A stretch of DNA of 60,678 nucleotides, filler included, from Platydemus manokwari (Eukaryota), in assembly GCA_037951405.1 (NCBI GenBank). It is 5 parts of 5 records of this genome, joined end to end, with 100 filler letters (N's around TTAATTAATTAA, not from the genome) between each part and the next. Parts side by side here need not be neighbours in the genome. Positions count along the whole stretch, not along the records: positions 1 to 9,615 come from JBBMOY011225210.1; positions 9,716 to 18,649 come from JBBMOY011326984.1; 3 more parts are not named here. One strand, given 5' to 3'. The position numbers and the translations under genes are program-made. The number at the start of each line of letters is the position of its first letter. Positions within the stretch are counted from its first letter, which is position 1. Below the pieces are notes generated by a model. That model had not been told where the DNA came from and did no database searches. It saw only the letters and a list, made by a program, of their open reading frames with translations. Positions 1 to 13,010 of the stretch are shown here, one piece after another.

Positions 1-400
1 AGAAAAGGAAAACGATTTTGTACATTGGAACAACTGTTTTAGTACTTTAAACATTTATATACCTACACAACCATACATGCATAGCAATCAACCAATGACG
101 TCTAACTTAAATGGAACATGAAAATTAGGAAAAAGTACCTAGCCACACAGTAACACACTCATAAGGATTGACCAATCGTGAGTGCACAAGAATAAAATAA
201 TTTAATAGAAACTTGGAAAATTAAAGATCAAGACAAAATGTGATACAAACGTGATGCAAAAAATTACACACAAATCTCGAGTATAAATACCTAGGTAAAG
301 ATCTGAAACTGGCAATTGGAAGCAAAGTTTTACTTTGTAATTTTGGAGGTTTTTGCGAGTTTAAGAGGCTCTTGTATCGTACTCATTACTACGTGTTAGC
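1..400 (+). mobile_element. LTR fragment, same family as the LTR at 24664-25289
   Basis: ggattgaccaatc...aaagatc...caaaatgtgataca...cacac...gtataaata...aaact...ttggaag aligns by eye with the reverse complement of ~24780-24960; CCAAT followed by TATA as in U3. Boundaries approximate. Confidence 0.55.
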
Positions 401-1922
401 GAAAATGCAGATTGCAATCTTCGAATTTTCTGGACTTAACAATATTTTAAATCACCAAAGTTATATCATGCGCTAGTAGTAAAAATATTATTGATAATTC
501 CAAAAGAACGCATATTAAGTGAAGCACATAAATCAAGCATAATAATTTTAAAGTTTTGATTACGCACGAAGTTATACTAGACCTCTTTCAAGGGAATTAT
601 CAAACCAGTAAACATAAATGATATTTAATTCAAAAATCAGGAAATTCATGCATTTATAATAAGAATACAATGCTGTTTGTTCTCGAATCAACCCTTATTT
701 GTTTTTAACTAATTAAGTAATTATTATAATGGCTGTTTATCAAAAATTTGTTAATTAATCTTTGTTAGGCGACGGTAGATACCCAAATCTAGTTTTAAAG
801 CTATATTATTATACAGTATTTGAGAAGCAAAATTCAAGTCATTGTTTGCGATCAAATAAATGATAAGCAGACGGCAAATGATGATAAGAGGAGGAAATTA
901 ATTTTATCGATTGATAATGATTGTTTAAAATATTCGTTATCCTAAATTGAATATTATTGAATTTTTACTGTCTGAATGATAAGGATTTCTATTCACACAA
1001 CACTGGCTAAAATAAAATCCTAAAAACAGATGTGCAACGACACATTGATTTATTAAACTTTAATGATGTTGAACAATACATGTGTTCCAGTAAAAACCCC
1101 AGTTACTATAATCAGAAATCTTAGACATTTTATTAATGTCATTGCTGGAATAATCAGTGATATAAATCAATAATAAAATTTTATCATTTATCGATACCCC
1201 GATGTTAATTCAAAATACTTCTCATTAACTTTTACTGTTTTGGATTTTAGTTGCTTAAACTGTTGATTGACTTTTGGTAATTGCTAATGTAATTTAATTG
1301 TTCTTCTACTTAAATTAATAGTTGGTAATGACAAGTGTTTTTTGTTTGGTGATTTTTCTCATCTCACTAATTACAATTAGATCAACAGGATATCTTTGAA
1401 CGTTGCTATGAATCCTACTTTTGTCATTTTTAATTTATCATTTAGTAAGTGATTTATAATTTAATGATTTATCATCACACAGTTGATTTTTTAATTGGGG
1501 TTTATTTTCACATTTTATCCCTAACCATAATGGTATTTTTACTATTAATATATTCCATTGATGGATTCATTATTTAATCTGTCAGTAATACATTTTAGGT
1601 CAGCATGACAATCGTACGATATGTAAGGTTTGTTGTGTAGAGAGGAGTAAGAAGTTTTATTGAAAGCTCATGTTAAGAAACTTTCACTTATTCAAATTAT
1701 TATACCAACCAGAAATTCGAAGTCGGAGTACAATAATTATCTGATAGATTTCACATACATGATTAGTTGAGATATACAATAAATCAAGGATGTGTATCCT
1801 TAAATACAGAATTACAAAAGTGAAGTGTATTTCTAATTTATTTTTTCTATCCTGAAATTTATTAGAAAACATGAAAAATGGTGGCACCTGGCACCACCAC
1901 ACGCATTAAGAATTATCATTAT

Positions 1923-1954
<32 letters not shown>

Positions 1955-2700
1955 TTGTGTGTATATACATGGATTTTGTTGCTTAAAGGGCGTTAATAAA
2001 CTCAAAAGTGTGTTCGCGATAATTAATTTATGTATGTAGTTTTTAGTCAATAAACACAACACATGTGCAAATTAGCTTATAAAATATTTTTTTAATATCA
2101 AATTACAAATTTGTCACGCAGGTTGACTCATACGCAATCAAGTTTGGAATAAGTATAAATTTTATTACCAAAAACATTAATAAAATGGTAATGTTTCGTT
2201 TCTAATAAAGTCATTGTATGTATGATTGTGCGCAATTTAAATTATCAATTCAAATCGTTAAAATTTATTCTTTGAATTGCCAGTTATAGAAGATATTATC
2301 GTTTTTCGTCGAGTTATATAGTCGTCAACTTTGTACCAGACAACCAATAGGAAAAATGTATTGTTTTTCGCTACTTTGTATCGTTATTCTAAACTTTTAA
2401 ATTATTAACATTAAATTATTAATAATTTTAATATTTAAAATTCTTATTTAACTAAGCTTCAAATTCTCAATCAATTTTTTTATTATTATTTATTTTATCA
2501 TAATCATTTTTCTATTAATTCTCTTTATAAATAATCATATATAATTTATAATCGTAGCTTATACATATAAGATAATCTAGTTTATTTCTGAATTTACTAA
2601 TTATTTACTAATCATTTTATCATTATCCACATTTAAAATTATTATAGGATAATGATTGAGTCATTCCTCAGCTATAGAGCTTCTTAGCATCAGTTTATAG

Positions 2701-4790
2701 CAGTGGTTCCCTACCTTTTTTTAAATCGAGGCACATTATTGAGCTCTTTAAATTTTCTAGGCACACTTATCACAAAAAATATATATCTTCTAGACTTTTT
2801 GTAATGAAATAATATAAAACAGAGAAGATCATATAAGGAGAATTTTTATTCACATAAATACAACATATCCTGTGTTTAGTACAGATTATGGAATAATAAT
2901 GATGAATGTCAGTGGGACAGTTGTGCATGGTGCTTCTCTACCAATGCTCTAATTTGTGGGCAAATGTAAGAAAGACATACTCTTTACGCTTCTTCAATGT
3001 TTTTAAGTCTTTCACTTTTTTTATTTTTAATGTTGCTTAAGTAAGAAAATAGGTACATAGGTACAAAGTTGAGAATTGCAGTTAGACATTGATGGTTTTT
3101 TTTACTAAGAGTGGAATACTCTTTCATAACAGAAATCAAAAAGGGGGTCAATAGTAGTTGTGCGCTCTTCAATTGGAGTCCCCCATCACTGAAAATACTT
3201 GCTAGTTTTTCCTCTTTACATAATTCAAAATTGGGAAGATTAAAGATCGATAAATCTGGAAAAGGATTCCGAATGCTATACATATCGAGGAGAAATATTC
3301 TTCAATTTTATTTTCCAAAATCGTTAAATGTTCAGTAATAATGAGAATCATCCCAGTAGCACAAGTTTTGTAACTGATGGAAACATATCCAAATCGTTTA
3401 CTTTCATTCGTTTCTTCCATATTACATTTTTTTTCTTAAAAATAACTAATTTATCTTTTGATGCAAGAATATTTTCATTTCTGCCCGCATATTGATATCC
3501 AGACTATTGAGATTTTTAAATATTTCACTTAAGATATTTTGGACATCCACAATTCATTTTAAAGGAATTTACAAAATATATCAAGCTTTTTATTTTTAGA
3601 AAAAATGAAAAATTCATTCTAAAGCTCATTTATGAGAGATAGCACCTTTCCTTTCAATAACCATATTATGTATGTGTGCAATAGTAAACAAACACAATAA
3701 GAATCCTTATCCTTGCACAGCAACTCAAAAATTCTGGATTTCAACGGTCGAATTTTTTGAAATTTATCATTTCGATCACTTGATTCAACTCCTCTTTTAG
3801 TTCATTTTATGTTATCTTTGAAACTACAACTTCTCTGAGTAAAAAACAATGAGTTTTCACGATGTTAGTATTCTGTTTTTCCATTATAGATTCAAAACCT
3901 TTAACGGAACCAACCATTGATGGTGCTCCAACCGTACATATTCCCACACATAAATACCAGGATAAGCCATATTTTTCGAACCATATTGTGAATTCTTTCA
4001 AAAATATATTGTCCTTTTGTAGTTGTGAATTACTATTTGTAGCATAGAAATTGATTAATTATGGCATCTTCATCGGTGACACTTATAAATGCAATAAACT
4101 GTGCATAGTTGCTGATGTCAGTGGATTCATAGATTTGGAGAGCAAAGAAACTATTTCGAAATTTAGATAATACACTTTCCTAAATATTATCGTATAAGCC
4201 AAGAACCCTTCTCTGGATTGTATTGTTTGAAATGGAGATCCTGCTAATTTCTTGTTCAGTCTTGTCATCAAGGATAATTTCCACTATCCTTTTGCATGTT
4301 GAAAGGATCACCTATTCTGTAAGAAAATGATATTTCGATTTAAGAGCAATAATTTCTGCCACCTCACATGAAGCCAATTGAGCTTCTTCGGACACAGTTA
4401 CTGTTTTCTTAAATAATTGACTTTGTACTGCATTTGATTCTAACAATCGTTGGAAATAATCGACAATTTTAGTTTGAAGATTAGTATGATTTGTAGTAAG
4501 ATGACTTTTTAAGTCAAGTCAAGTAATTATAAACCATTACATACTTTTAGAACACGGAACCTCGAGCTTCAGAACAGAAGTTCGTTTCAAGTAAAGAAAT
4601 TGTACAATAAGTGTCGAGGCATGTCATACCAATAAGTCGAACGCTTGCACGCAGACAATTGCTTCTGCTGTGGAGAATGCTGAGATCACAGATGTCAGTG
4701 CCCCTTGAGGCACAAATGTTTAATATATGAATAAGAAAGCCATCATTTCAGATTTTCCCATTTAATTCGAGGTATCAGGCACAAAGTAGA
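2701..4790 (-). mobile_element. Decayed hAT (Buster/Charlie, ZBED5-like) DNA transposon
   Basis: TIR-like cagtggttcc at 2701 with ggcaca subterminal repeats. Minus-strand fragments: LQIYESTDISNYAQ (~4081-4140, LDESTD motif), CVGICTVGAPSMVG...GF...THCFLLRE (3807-4001) and the hAT dimerisation region (2984-3283). Many stops and frameshifts; second TIR not seen. Confidence 0.85.
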
Positions 4791-4799
4791 AGATAGAAA

Positions 4800-6710
4800 T
4801 TTATCTGAACAGGACAAGGTTGAGTAGAAATTTGATCCAATCGAAGCCCCAGTGATGCGCGAATTAAAAGACTAAAAAACAACAACTCCGTTACATATAT
4901 TTATTCGGTTGGGTTGAATCAATAGATAACAAGAAAATTTGAAATATAACCAGATGCATAACAAGGGCAGCACCAGAGTGTGGAGTAAAGTGATGATCAA
5001 ATGATATAAAGTAGAGATGTTGTTGGATTCATGAGCATCTAACAAAGTGATGAGACAGAGCTTTTGAAAGAAAGTGAGAAACCCAAAATTACAGGATGCC
5101 TTGATTTTGTTTAGTGGAATGTTTTCAACTGGTGCCGAATGCCAACTGGCCACAATCGATTCATCACAATGAAATAACAAATACACAAATGAAGAAATAT
5201 GAAAATACGCTCTGGAAACGGTTAAGACTGGTACCACGGGTAGAATAGGAAGACTCATCAAGGAATACGGAAAAATAATCATGGATTCGATATTGGATCT
5301 ATGTAGAACCAACTGAGTTGGTTACGATATTAAAATTACAGGAAAATTTCGTTTCCCTAAGGCTGTTTGGTGGATGGTAAATATTTCTCCTCGATAGATT
5401 TAAGGCAGGCTTATTACCAAGTCGAATTCAGTTAGATTTTCCAAGATTGCACGGCCTTAGCACAAAAACCAACCAGTACTGTTTCAACAAACTCCCATTT
5501 GGACTATCTACAGCACCAGTAACTTTTCAAATACTAATGCATAAGCTGTTGGATGAATTAATCTTTAAGGGCGTTGTGATATATTTGGATGATGGGCTAT
5601 TGGAAATCGCGTTCAGACGAATACAAGAATAATGAATCCAGAGCAATGTAAGCTAATCAAAGATGATGTGAGGTTTTTAGGCCACATGGTCAGTGCCAAG
5701 GGCATACATACTATTTGCGAAAAAATCGAACAGATAAAAGATATCCCAGTACCACAGTGTATGACTAAACTGCAATCATTTTTAGAGCTGATTTTCTATT
5801 ACAGGCGATTCATCAAGGACTATGCTGCAATAGCCGTTCCACGGCGAGTAGAGATAAGGAATCATAATGGTCAGAATCGTGTCAAACAAGTTATTTAAAG
5901 AAAAATTCGAAAATCTGGGACGCACCAATTTTAGATTATCCAAAAGAAAATAGGATTTTCACTGGATACAGACACGAGTTTTAGTGCAATCGGGGTTGTT
6001 GTATGCCAAGTTACTGAAGAAGGAACAGAAGCCATTGTCTACGGATCTCGATTTCTGAGTAGTCATAAGAAAAGATCCGATGTTACCAGGAAGAAACTAC
6101 TGACTACTCAATTTCAAACATGGATAGCGGCTCTGTCAGATTACGATTTCTATTTAAAACACAGAAAAGGAGATGCAGATGAATTATCTAGGATCAAAGA
6201 TGCACTATGTTCCCAGTACTAGGCGATACATAATGCAGAGAATGTAGGAAGCACAATATAAAGATGACAAAATAGTGGAGTTGCTTAGATTTCTAAATGG
6301 TAAAACAATTCTAACTAGCGCGGAATTCTGGCTCGAAATGTTTAACATTATTAAAAAGATACTGAAATAACGTATTGTCTGTGCAAAAGTCAATCAAAAA
6401 TTAAGTGCAAATCCAGAACTAAGAAGTTTCTGTTCTCTCGGTTAGGCATCAAGTTTCAAGAGCAAATTGTAGTGGGCTTTGCTCAAATTAACGCGGTGCA
6501 TATCTGGAAGTCATTATCGACAGAGCCTTACTGATACATCTAAGTAAGACGAAAAAGCATTCTTCCAGAACATCTTGAACTCGTGGATTTATTGTTTTGG
6601 AAAGCCAAAGTCGTTCTAACTGATAACGGGAAACAATTTGAAGGTAAAACTATGAGAGAGGCATGTTCAAAATTGGGAATCAAACAGGAATTCAATTTAC
6701 CATATCAAGA
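4800..6710 (+). mobile_element. Decayed Ty3/Gypsy pol fragment (RT-RNaseH-integrase)
   Basis: LPFGLSTAPVTFQ...IYLDD (5447-5632), FLGHMVS...YYRRFIKDYA (5632-5898), RNase H LDTDTSFSAIG (~5960), integrase VLTDNGKQF (~6610). Heavily frameshifted and internally deleted. Confidence 0.9.
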
Positions 6711-7109
6711 GATTATTTATTTGTATATATACATAATTCTTCCTCAGGTTTAAAAATTCATTATCTTCTGAGGACTAATGTTTTACATTATCATTAGTAA
6801 ATCTGTTATTCGCTGAGAAATAACATCAGCGATGAGATACTACACTGATTAGATGCTTAGAAAACTTGTAAATGTTTTGTAGATATAATAGTTCTAAATT
6901 TATGATTATGATTTTTAATCCAGATTTTCATATTCATGATGGTAAAATTACAAAATGCGTTGGATCGACATCCTTTACTTGAAGTAATTATTTCTAAAAC
7001 TCACTATTGGAACTCCTATAACATTAATTTAAATTATGAAATTACTTAATAAATCTTTAAAATTAAATTTATTCTAAATATCCTACGCTCTATTAAACTA
7101 TTTTCTTGT

Positions 7110-7270
7110 TGACCAGCAGTGAAAGAGGACAGATGGCCACCAAACAAATTATATGAGGAATGGATCAAGGAGAAAACTGGTCTAGAATTTCAGCCACTGG
7201 CGGTGATAAAAGTCATGGAGAAGATAAACATCACTGCATAACATCTCACAATACACTACAATAAATACTC
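7110..7270 (+). mobile_element. Possible 3' end of an RTE-like LINE
   Basis: Reads ...EEWIKEKTGL..., resembling the W.D.IK..TG C-terminus of RTE ORF2. Short and weak. Confidence 0.3.
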
Positions 7271-9615
7271 GATAACGCATAAAAGGAACATTTATGCCTA
7301 GAATAAAAACATGTTGAAATTTATGGAGCAATGTTAGAAAGTGATTATATAGTACAATTAACGGGTAATGTGGGAGACATTGAATTGGTGTTAAGAAACT
7401 TCTGATAATTTAAACAGTAATGTGAGCTTTGCAAACAACAAATCCAAAAGTGTTAAATCAGTTAAGAGAAAAATTAAAGAAAGAAATGACTAAAGCCAAT
7501 AAGTTTATTCAATAAAATAAATATTGATTGAAGTAGGATATTGGTGAATCCGACACAGAATAAACACTGTAGCAATGCCCAAAGTGTAGATGTATAAATA
7601 TATAAAATGTATAATCTAAAAAAACACTTAATATTTTTGGTGCCTATGCCTATAATTGTCAAGTCATGTACAATTAAAAACTACGCTTTTGCTAGTTATG
7701 AAACAATTTTTATATGGATATTATACTCAAAATCTATCATTAATAATTACCTGAATTTTAAGTAATAAATCAATAAACATAAATCATTAAAAATATTTCA
7801 ATAAATATATCAGTATAGATAATATAAAAATAAATTATTATTCTTCTCTGATTTTTCAAATAAAATATTTTAATAATATTGGGATAAAAAATTATTATAT
7901 AGTCAAATTTTAACAGACAATATTGTAGATACATAATATAAAATAATCATTTGATAATTTTTATCTCCTTTATACCAATTTTAAATTGAAATGTTTTGTC
8001 TAATAATAAATATTTTTTATTGTAATGTTATTTTTAAAACAAGATGTAAATGCCTATTTTGATAATTGATGGTTTAAAAGAATATCTATTAAGTTCAGGT
8101 ACATGTCGTACTTACATGCATGCTGTTTCATTAAGAGACAGAACGAGAAAGAAAAAATTGACTCGCATGTATACAAAAAAGGTTGAAAAATATTGAAAAA
8201 TAAATCAAAATCGTCGAATAAATTCTGATACTAAAGATATAAAATTGATTATTTTTAGCATACATTTTTATAAAATCAACATTGTGTTGATAAAAATGCG
8301 AAATATTGTACAAAATTCATGAAATAAATATTTTAAAAATATATTTAAATGACTAATTTGAAAACAATGTTCGTTTTCGCTTAAGAAATTTATAAACTGA
8401 AATCAACCTAATTTTCATTATTACCAAATTTCCAAAATTAACTTAGATTAAGAAAAGGGTTTTTTTTACATAAAATCATTTGAGTGTACTTCTAAAAAAA
8501 TACACTTTACTTAATTATATTCATTAAAAATGTTTTGAACTTTTTATTGAAGTACCTAAAAGGAATTTTAATTCTTTGAAAGAAAAACATTAAATAAACA
8601 AAAGCTTTAAAATTAAAAAATTAATTTACAAAATTAAAAAACATATAGAAATCTAGAGATTAAAATAAGAACATTCTTTAAAATTTTTATTTTGCCCACA
8701 TTCAACATCTTATCTAGAATGCTATCAAGTAAACTCCATGATTAATCAAACATCCCAAAGTGTTAAAAATTTCAAAAACAAAACTAATTAAAAAAAAATA
8801 TTATTACATAAAACTTGTTGATATCAGAATTTCTTCTTATTTCCACCCAAAGCCATAGTAATAAACCCAGAGATAAAAATTACAAAAACTATTTCTTTAT
8901 TTTTAATTGACGATGGCTAAGACCAGATCAATCATTTATAATTTTTATTTTAGGTTTCATAGATACTTCCAAACTTCGGTTATCAATATGTCAATGTTAA
9001 TCATTCCATTTCTTTTATCAATCCCGGAATGATTTGAAACCATAGTAATGAAAAACAAAGCTCTTAATCATACACTTTTGTTCTAAAATTAAATTTTCGA
9101 ATAAAAATAAATTTTTGCATGAAATCTGAGAAAAATATATGTGAAATTAAATTATAAAAAGATTTTATATATAAAAATTCGTTATAATGAAATCGGATCA
9201 AAGAAACCATTTTCATAATTTAGGCCAATAATTTTAATTAAAACTGTTTGGCTTAAACTATAAAATGAGCTTCTTGTTATTTTTGTTTTAGCATTTTGAT
9301 TATCTAATTTTAGTAATAATTTTTATAATTAGAAGTTTATTTAGTATTTTTTTACTTTTCAGATAATTTATAAAAAATAAAAATTGAGATCTATTTTTGA
9401 GATAATTATTTTGCAGCCATTGATTCTGACACGCAGAGCTACTCTAAGTAATTTTGGAAAGTATTGCAGTAAAGCTAACTTTAACATAACTATCAACACC
9501 TTATATGGATGCAAAAATGCTTGTGATTTTCATTTAATTCAGAAAAATTTGAACATGCTTTGATAATGTCATATTATAAATTAATCTCTTATTATTTTCA
9601 TTGTTTATATAGAAT

Positions 9616-9715
9616 NNNNNNNNNNNNNNNNNNNNNNNNNNNNNNNNNNNNNNNNNNNNTTAATTAATTAANNNNNNNNNNNNNNNNNNNNNNNNNNNNN
9701 NNNNNNNNNNNNNNN
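9616..9715. other. Scaffold gap with artificial linker
   Basis: 44 N + TTAATTAATTAA (stop codons in all six frames) + 44 N. Confidence 0.98.
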
Positions 9716-12499
9716 ACCTGTTTTTGTGCGGTAGATAGGGACCGCAGAGACCTGATATGAAATTATTCTACATGATTACCGTCCTATTAATTTATTTTAA
9801 ACCACATTATTTAAAAAATATAATGAATCTGATAATAATATTATGAAATGAAAATTATAGAAGTATAGAAGTAATTCTTGAGATTAGTGTCTAAATAAAG
9901 AATCCTGCGAAAACACATGTATCATCTTTTGATTAAACGTTCATAGCTTTGAAAACATTGTAACTATTTGAAATTTTCTTCATTAATTTAATTCAAGATC
10001 AGTCCTAATAAATCTTTCGATCAATTTATTGCGAGAAACATTTTTCTTTTTTCATAAATATCGGTCAAATATTTCCATTAAGGTTTGAATAATATGGAAT
10101 AATAAGTGACACACGGGGTTTAATCAACCATCTGAGAGTTCTTAATATTTTCATTGGGTGAACTGTTGGTGTCGATATTAATATTACCATTTTATGATGA
10201 TTGTCTTCTCTTATTCATCCTACAAACTGCAATCCCACATGCTCTCTTCAACACTTAATTCGACACTAAAATCGGTGTACCTTTATTGTGCTCGTTCAAC
10301 TCAACTAATTTAGTCTAATCTCTCCCGTTTTATTGCATCAAAAATATATATATTTACATGAACTATACTAGTGAGAATTGTTTGCGCTTACATCACCATG
10401 GAAACATACATTTATTCAATTTAAAAATTACACGTTTTAAAATAATAAAATAATTATAAAAGTATTACAAAAATTATTTATAATTACATTTTAAACTTAC
10501 TCTGAGAAATTTTGTTTAAAATTATCAACAAACCGTAATAGTAATTGACGATTTTTAAAATTCGAGTTATAGTTTTTATGTCATTATCAAATGTGTAAAT
10601 TTTAGCGTTAATGGATTAATTATAAAAGAATTTAGCTTTTAATTTATCTGTTTGATTAATTTGCATTTACAAATTACTCAATCATTTTCGGTAGTGGAAA
10701 AATTATTTTACATATTATATATTTGATTTTTTTGTAACTCATTTTCATTAGCCTTTGATAGTTAATTTTTCATTTACGATTTATTAAGAGAGCGCGTTGA
10801 TTTTAAAATTGCTAAACATTGTCTGTATAAATGTGTGCCTTTTAATGATCATTTCGTAGCTAGAAATGAAAGAAAAATAAAAAATAATAATGAAAAAAAA
10901 ATATAAATTAAAGAAAAATTTGATAACAAATAATTATCATCCTTATCAAAATATCAAAAATAGATTAAACACCATTATTAGTCCGTCATATTATAGGGGA
11001 AATTTCATTAATTAATAAATCAATAAATTCCCCAAAGCTTTCCGGAATTTACGGCTACTTCAGTGATCGATTAGTAAAGTTTGATTAATATTAATCATGG
11101 AGGATTATTTATTGGGATAATAAAAGAGATGAGTGACAGATAGTCGTTTATTTTTCTATCGAAAGATAATGTCGACGATAAAGTGATAAAATATTCCATT
11201 GTTAAAGGTCGACTCACAAGCATGATTCTTTTGTTTCATGTTGCCACCAAACCAGCTGATCCTGCCTAAAGGCTTCAATAAATAAATGATCCGCCTCGTA
11301 CGTTGAAAAACAAAAGGAAATAATTTATGAAAGCGATGAAATTATCTGAATACTTAAACGATTAGCTACGACTGTATTACGATAATTAATAATTTAATTT
11401 GTCGAATTAAATTGTCAGATTAATTGTGAGCGTGTGTTGTTTTAATCAATAAAATTCTGTATAAAAAGAAACAGAAACTGCAATTCAGATAAAAATGTTG
11501 TAAATATAAATGGTGTTTCGTAATTTCTGTTTTTCTTATCAAATAGAATTTTTATTGGAATTTATCTTTTTCAATCAAAAAACGAAAAATTATTTTGAAA
11601 ATTTGAAATTGTTTTTGTCAAACGATGATGATCAAATGCGTTCTGCTTAGCTGTTGTTTGCAAATGTGAGACATGTTCGCAACTGATCACAAATCAAAAT
11701 AATCTCGCTATTATTTTAAAACTGGAGATGATACTATTTAAAGCATTGAAACAAATTATAAACAAATAGTCAGCATTAAAAAAAATTTTAAAATTAAAAA
11801 ATAAATAAAAAACTTATCAAGAATTTTCAATTTATTAATTTATTTTCAAATAAATTTTCATTAATCAATTTGTCGTGTTCTCGTTTTTTTATCAATGTTT
11901 GAAATAAAAGTCCGAGTTACCGTGCAATATTACGGGAAAATATATCTGAATTCTATTAATGCGTTAAGATGATTTTTCATTGGATTGATGAACGTGTAAA
12001 TGAATGTAGAAAATAAGCAGTTTAAGTAAAAGTAAAAAATAACGAAACATAAAGAAAAATAAAAATATTAATAAAAGAAACTTGAATTGTATAAATAAAA
12101 TAAAAATACAAAAATAAGTGATAATCATTACAGAAAATGAAAGGCTAGAAATAAAATATTTTTACTGTGATAATATATGTTTTATTAGAATATTTTTCAC
12201 GCATAAAATAATGTTTAAAATTTAAAATTCCAAAATAACAATTGCTTGATAGTAAAAAGATTGAAAAACAGGAACCTCGACCTTATAATATCTGGTCGTG
12301 TTCAATTAAAGGCATAAATGAAGGGCAGCACATGTTAGCCGCTACTGTTTTAAAATCTACACATTAAATGCGAACTGAAAAGTCAAGACACCACGAATCT
12401 ATTTAAAGAAATAAATGTAATTTTATATAAATATGATTTTATAGTAAATGGGAATTAAATAAGAATTACAATTTTAATTCATATAAAATTTAATCCATT

Positions 12500-13010
12500 A
12501 GAAAAATCTCACAGCACATAAAATTCAACCAGACGAATTTGCTAAGATAAGCATTACGTCTTCATTTCGAGTAGTGCGCTTTGCAAGTATTTTGGTTGAA
12601 TTAGTAGTGAGCTGACTGACACTGTAAGGCGACCATGTCTGATACTAGAGGAGTTTATGTTGGTATGCAGAAATAGTATCTATGCTTGTATTAAAATAAA
12701 ATTTGGTGTTGTTTTGTTTGGATTTGTTTTTTGTTGATTATCTCTTGGTTAAGCTTAATTAAGCTCGAATTTATCATTGGCCTTAATGGGCTTCAACAAT
12801 GGGTATTGAAGACCTCCTGAATGGAAAAGATATTAACACTCTAAAGTTTTATGCAAGCTAACTTCAAGTTACTCAGCGTATGCATATTAGATATTTAAGC
12901 TTCATGATGATAGGGCTAGCTGGTATACTGATAATTTGTTCTATAATTTTAGTATTGATCAATTGATGCTATTTTACTACTCACTGTAACTATGGTAAAT
13001 TCAGAAGTAA
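12500..13010 (+). mobile_element. Possible LTR followed by a degenerate tRNA-Leu-like PBS
   Basis: Higher-GC block with AATAAA and a GT-rich tract, ending ...tgtaacta|tggtaaattcagaagt, which resembles the PBS TGGTGTCAGAAGT. Confidence 0.3.

Noticed and set aside
16-225. ILYIGTT...IETWKI, suggesting a GIY-YIG endonuclease
   Set aside because: No continuous frame, and the region aligns with the non-coding LTR at 24664-25289.
4872-5312. 146-aa minus-strand ORF, and most other short ORFs in the track (e.g. 13514-14781, 28663-29023, 53046-53881, 57899-58183)
   Set aside because: Antisense shadows of TE or host exons, or low-complexity I/F/L/K/N-rich chance ORFs in AT-rich DNA.
9660-9671. Recurrent TTAATTAATTAA as a biological repeat or array
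   Set aside because: Always centred in N runs: an assembly linker.
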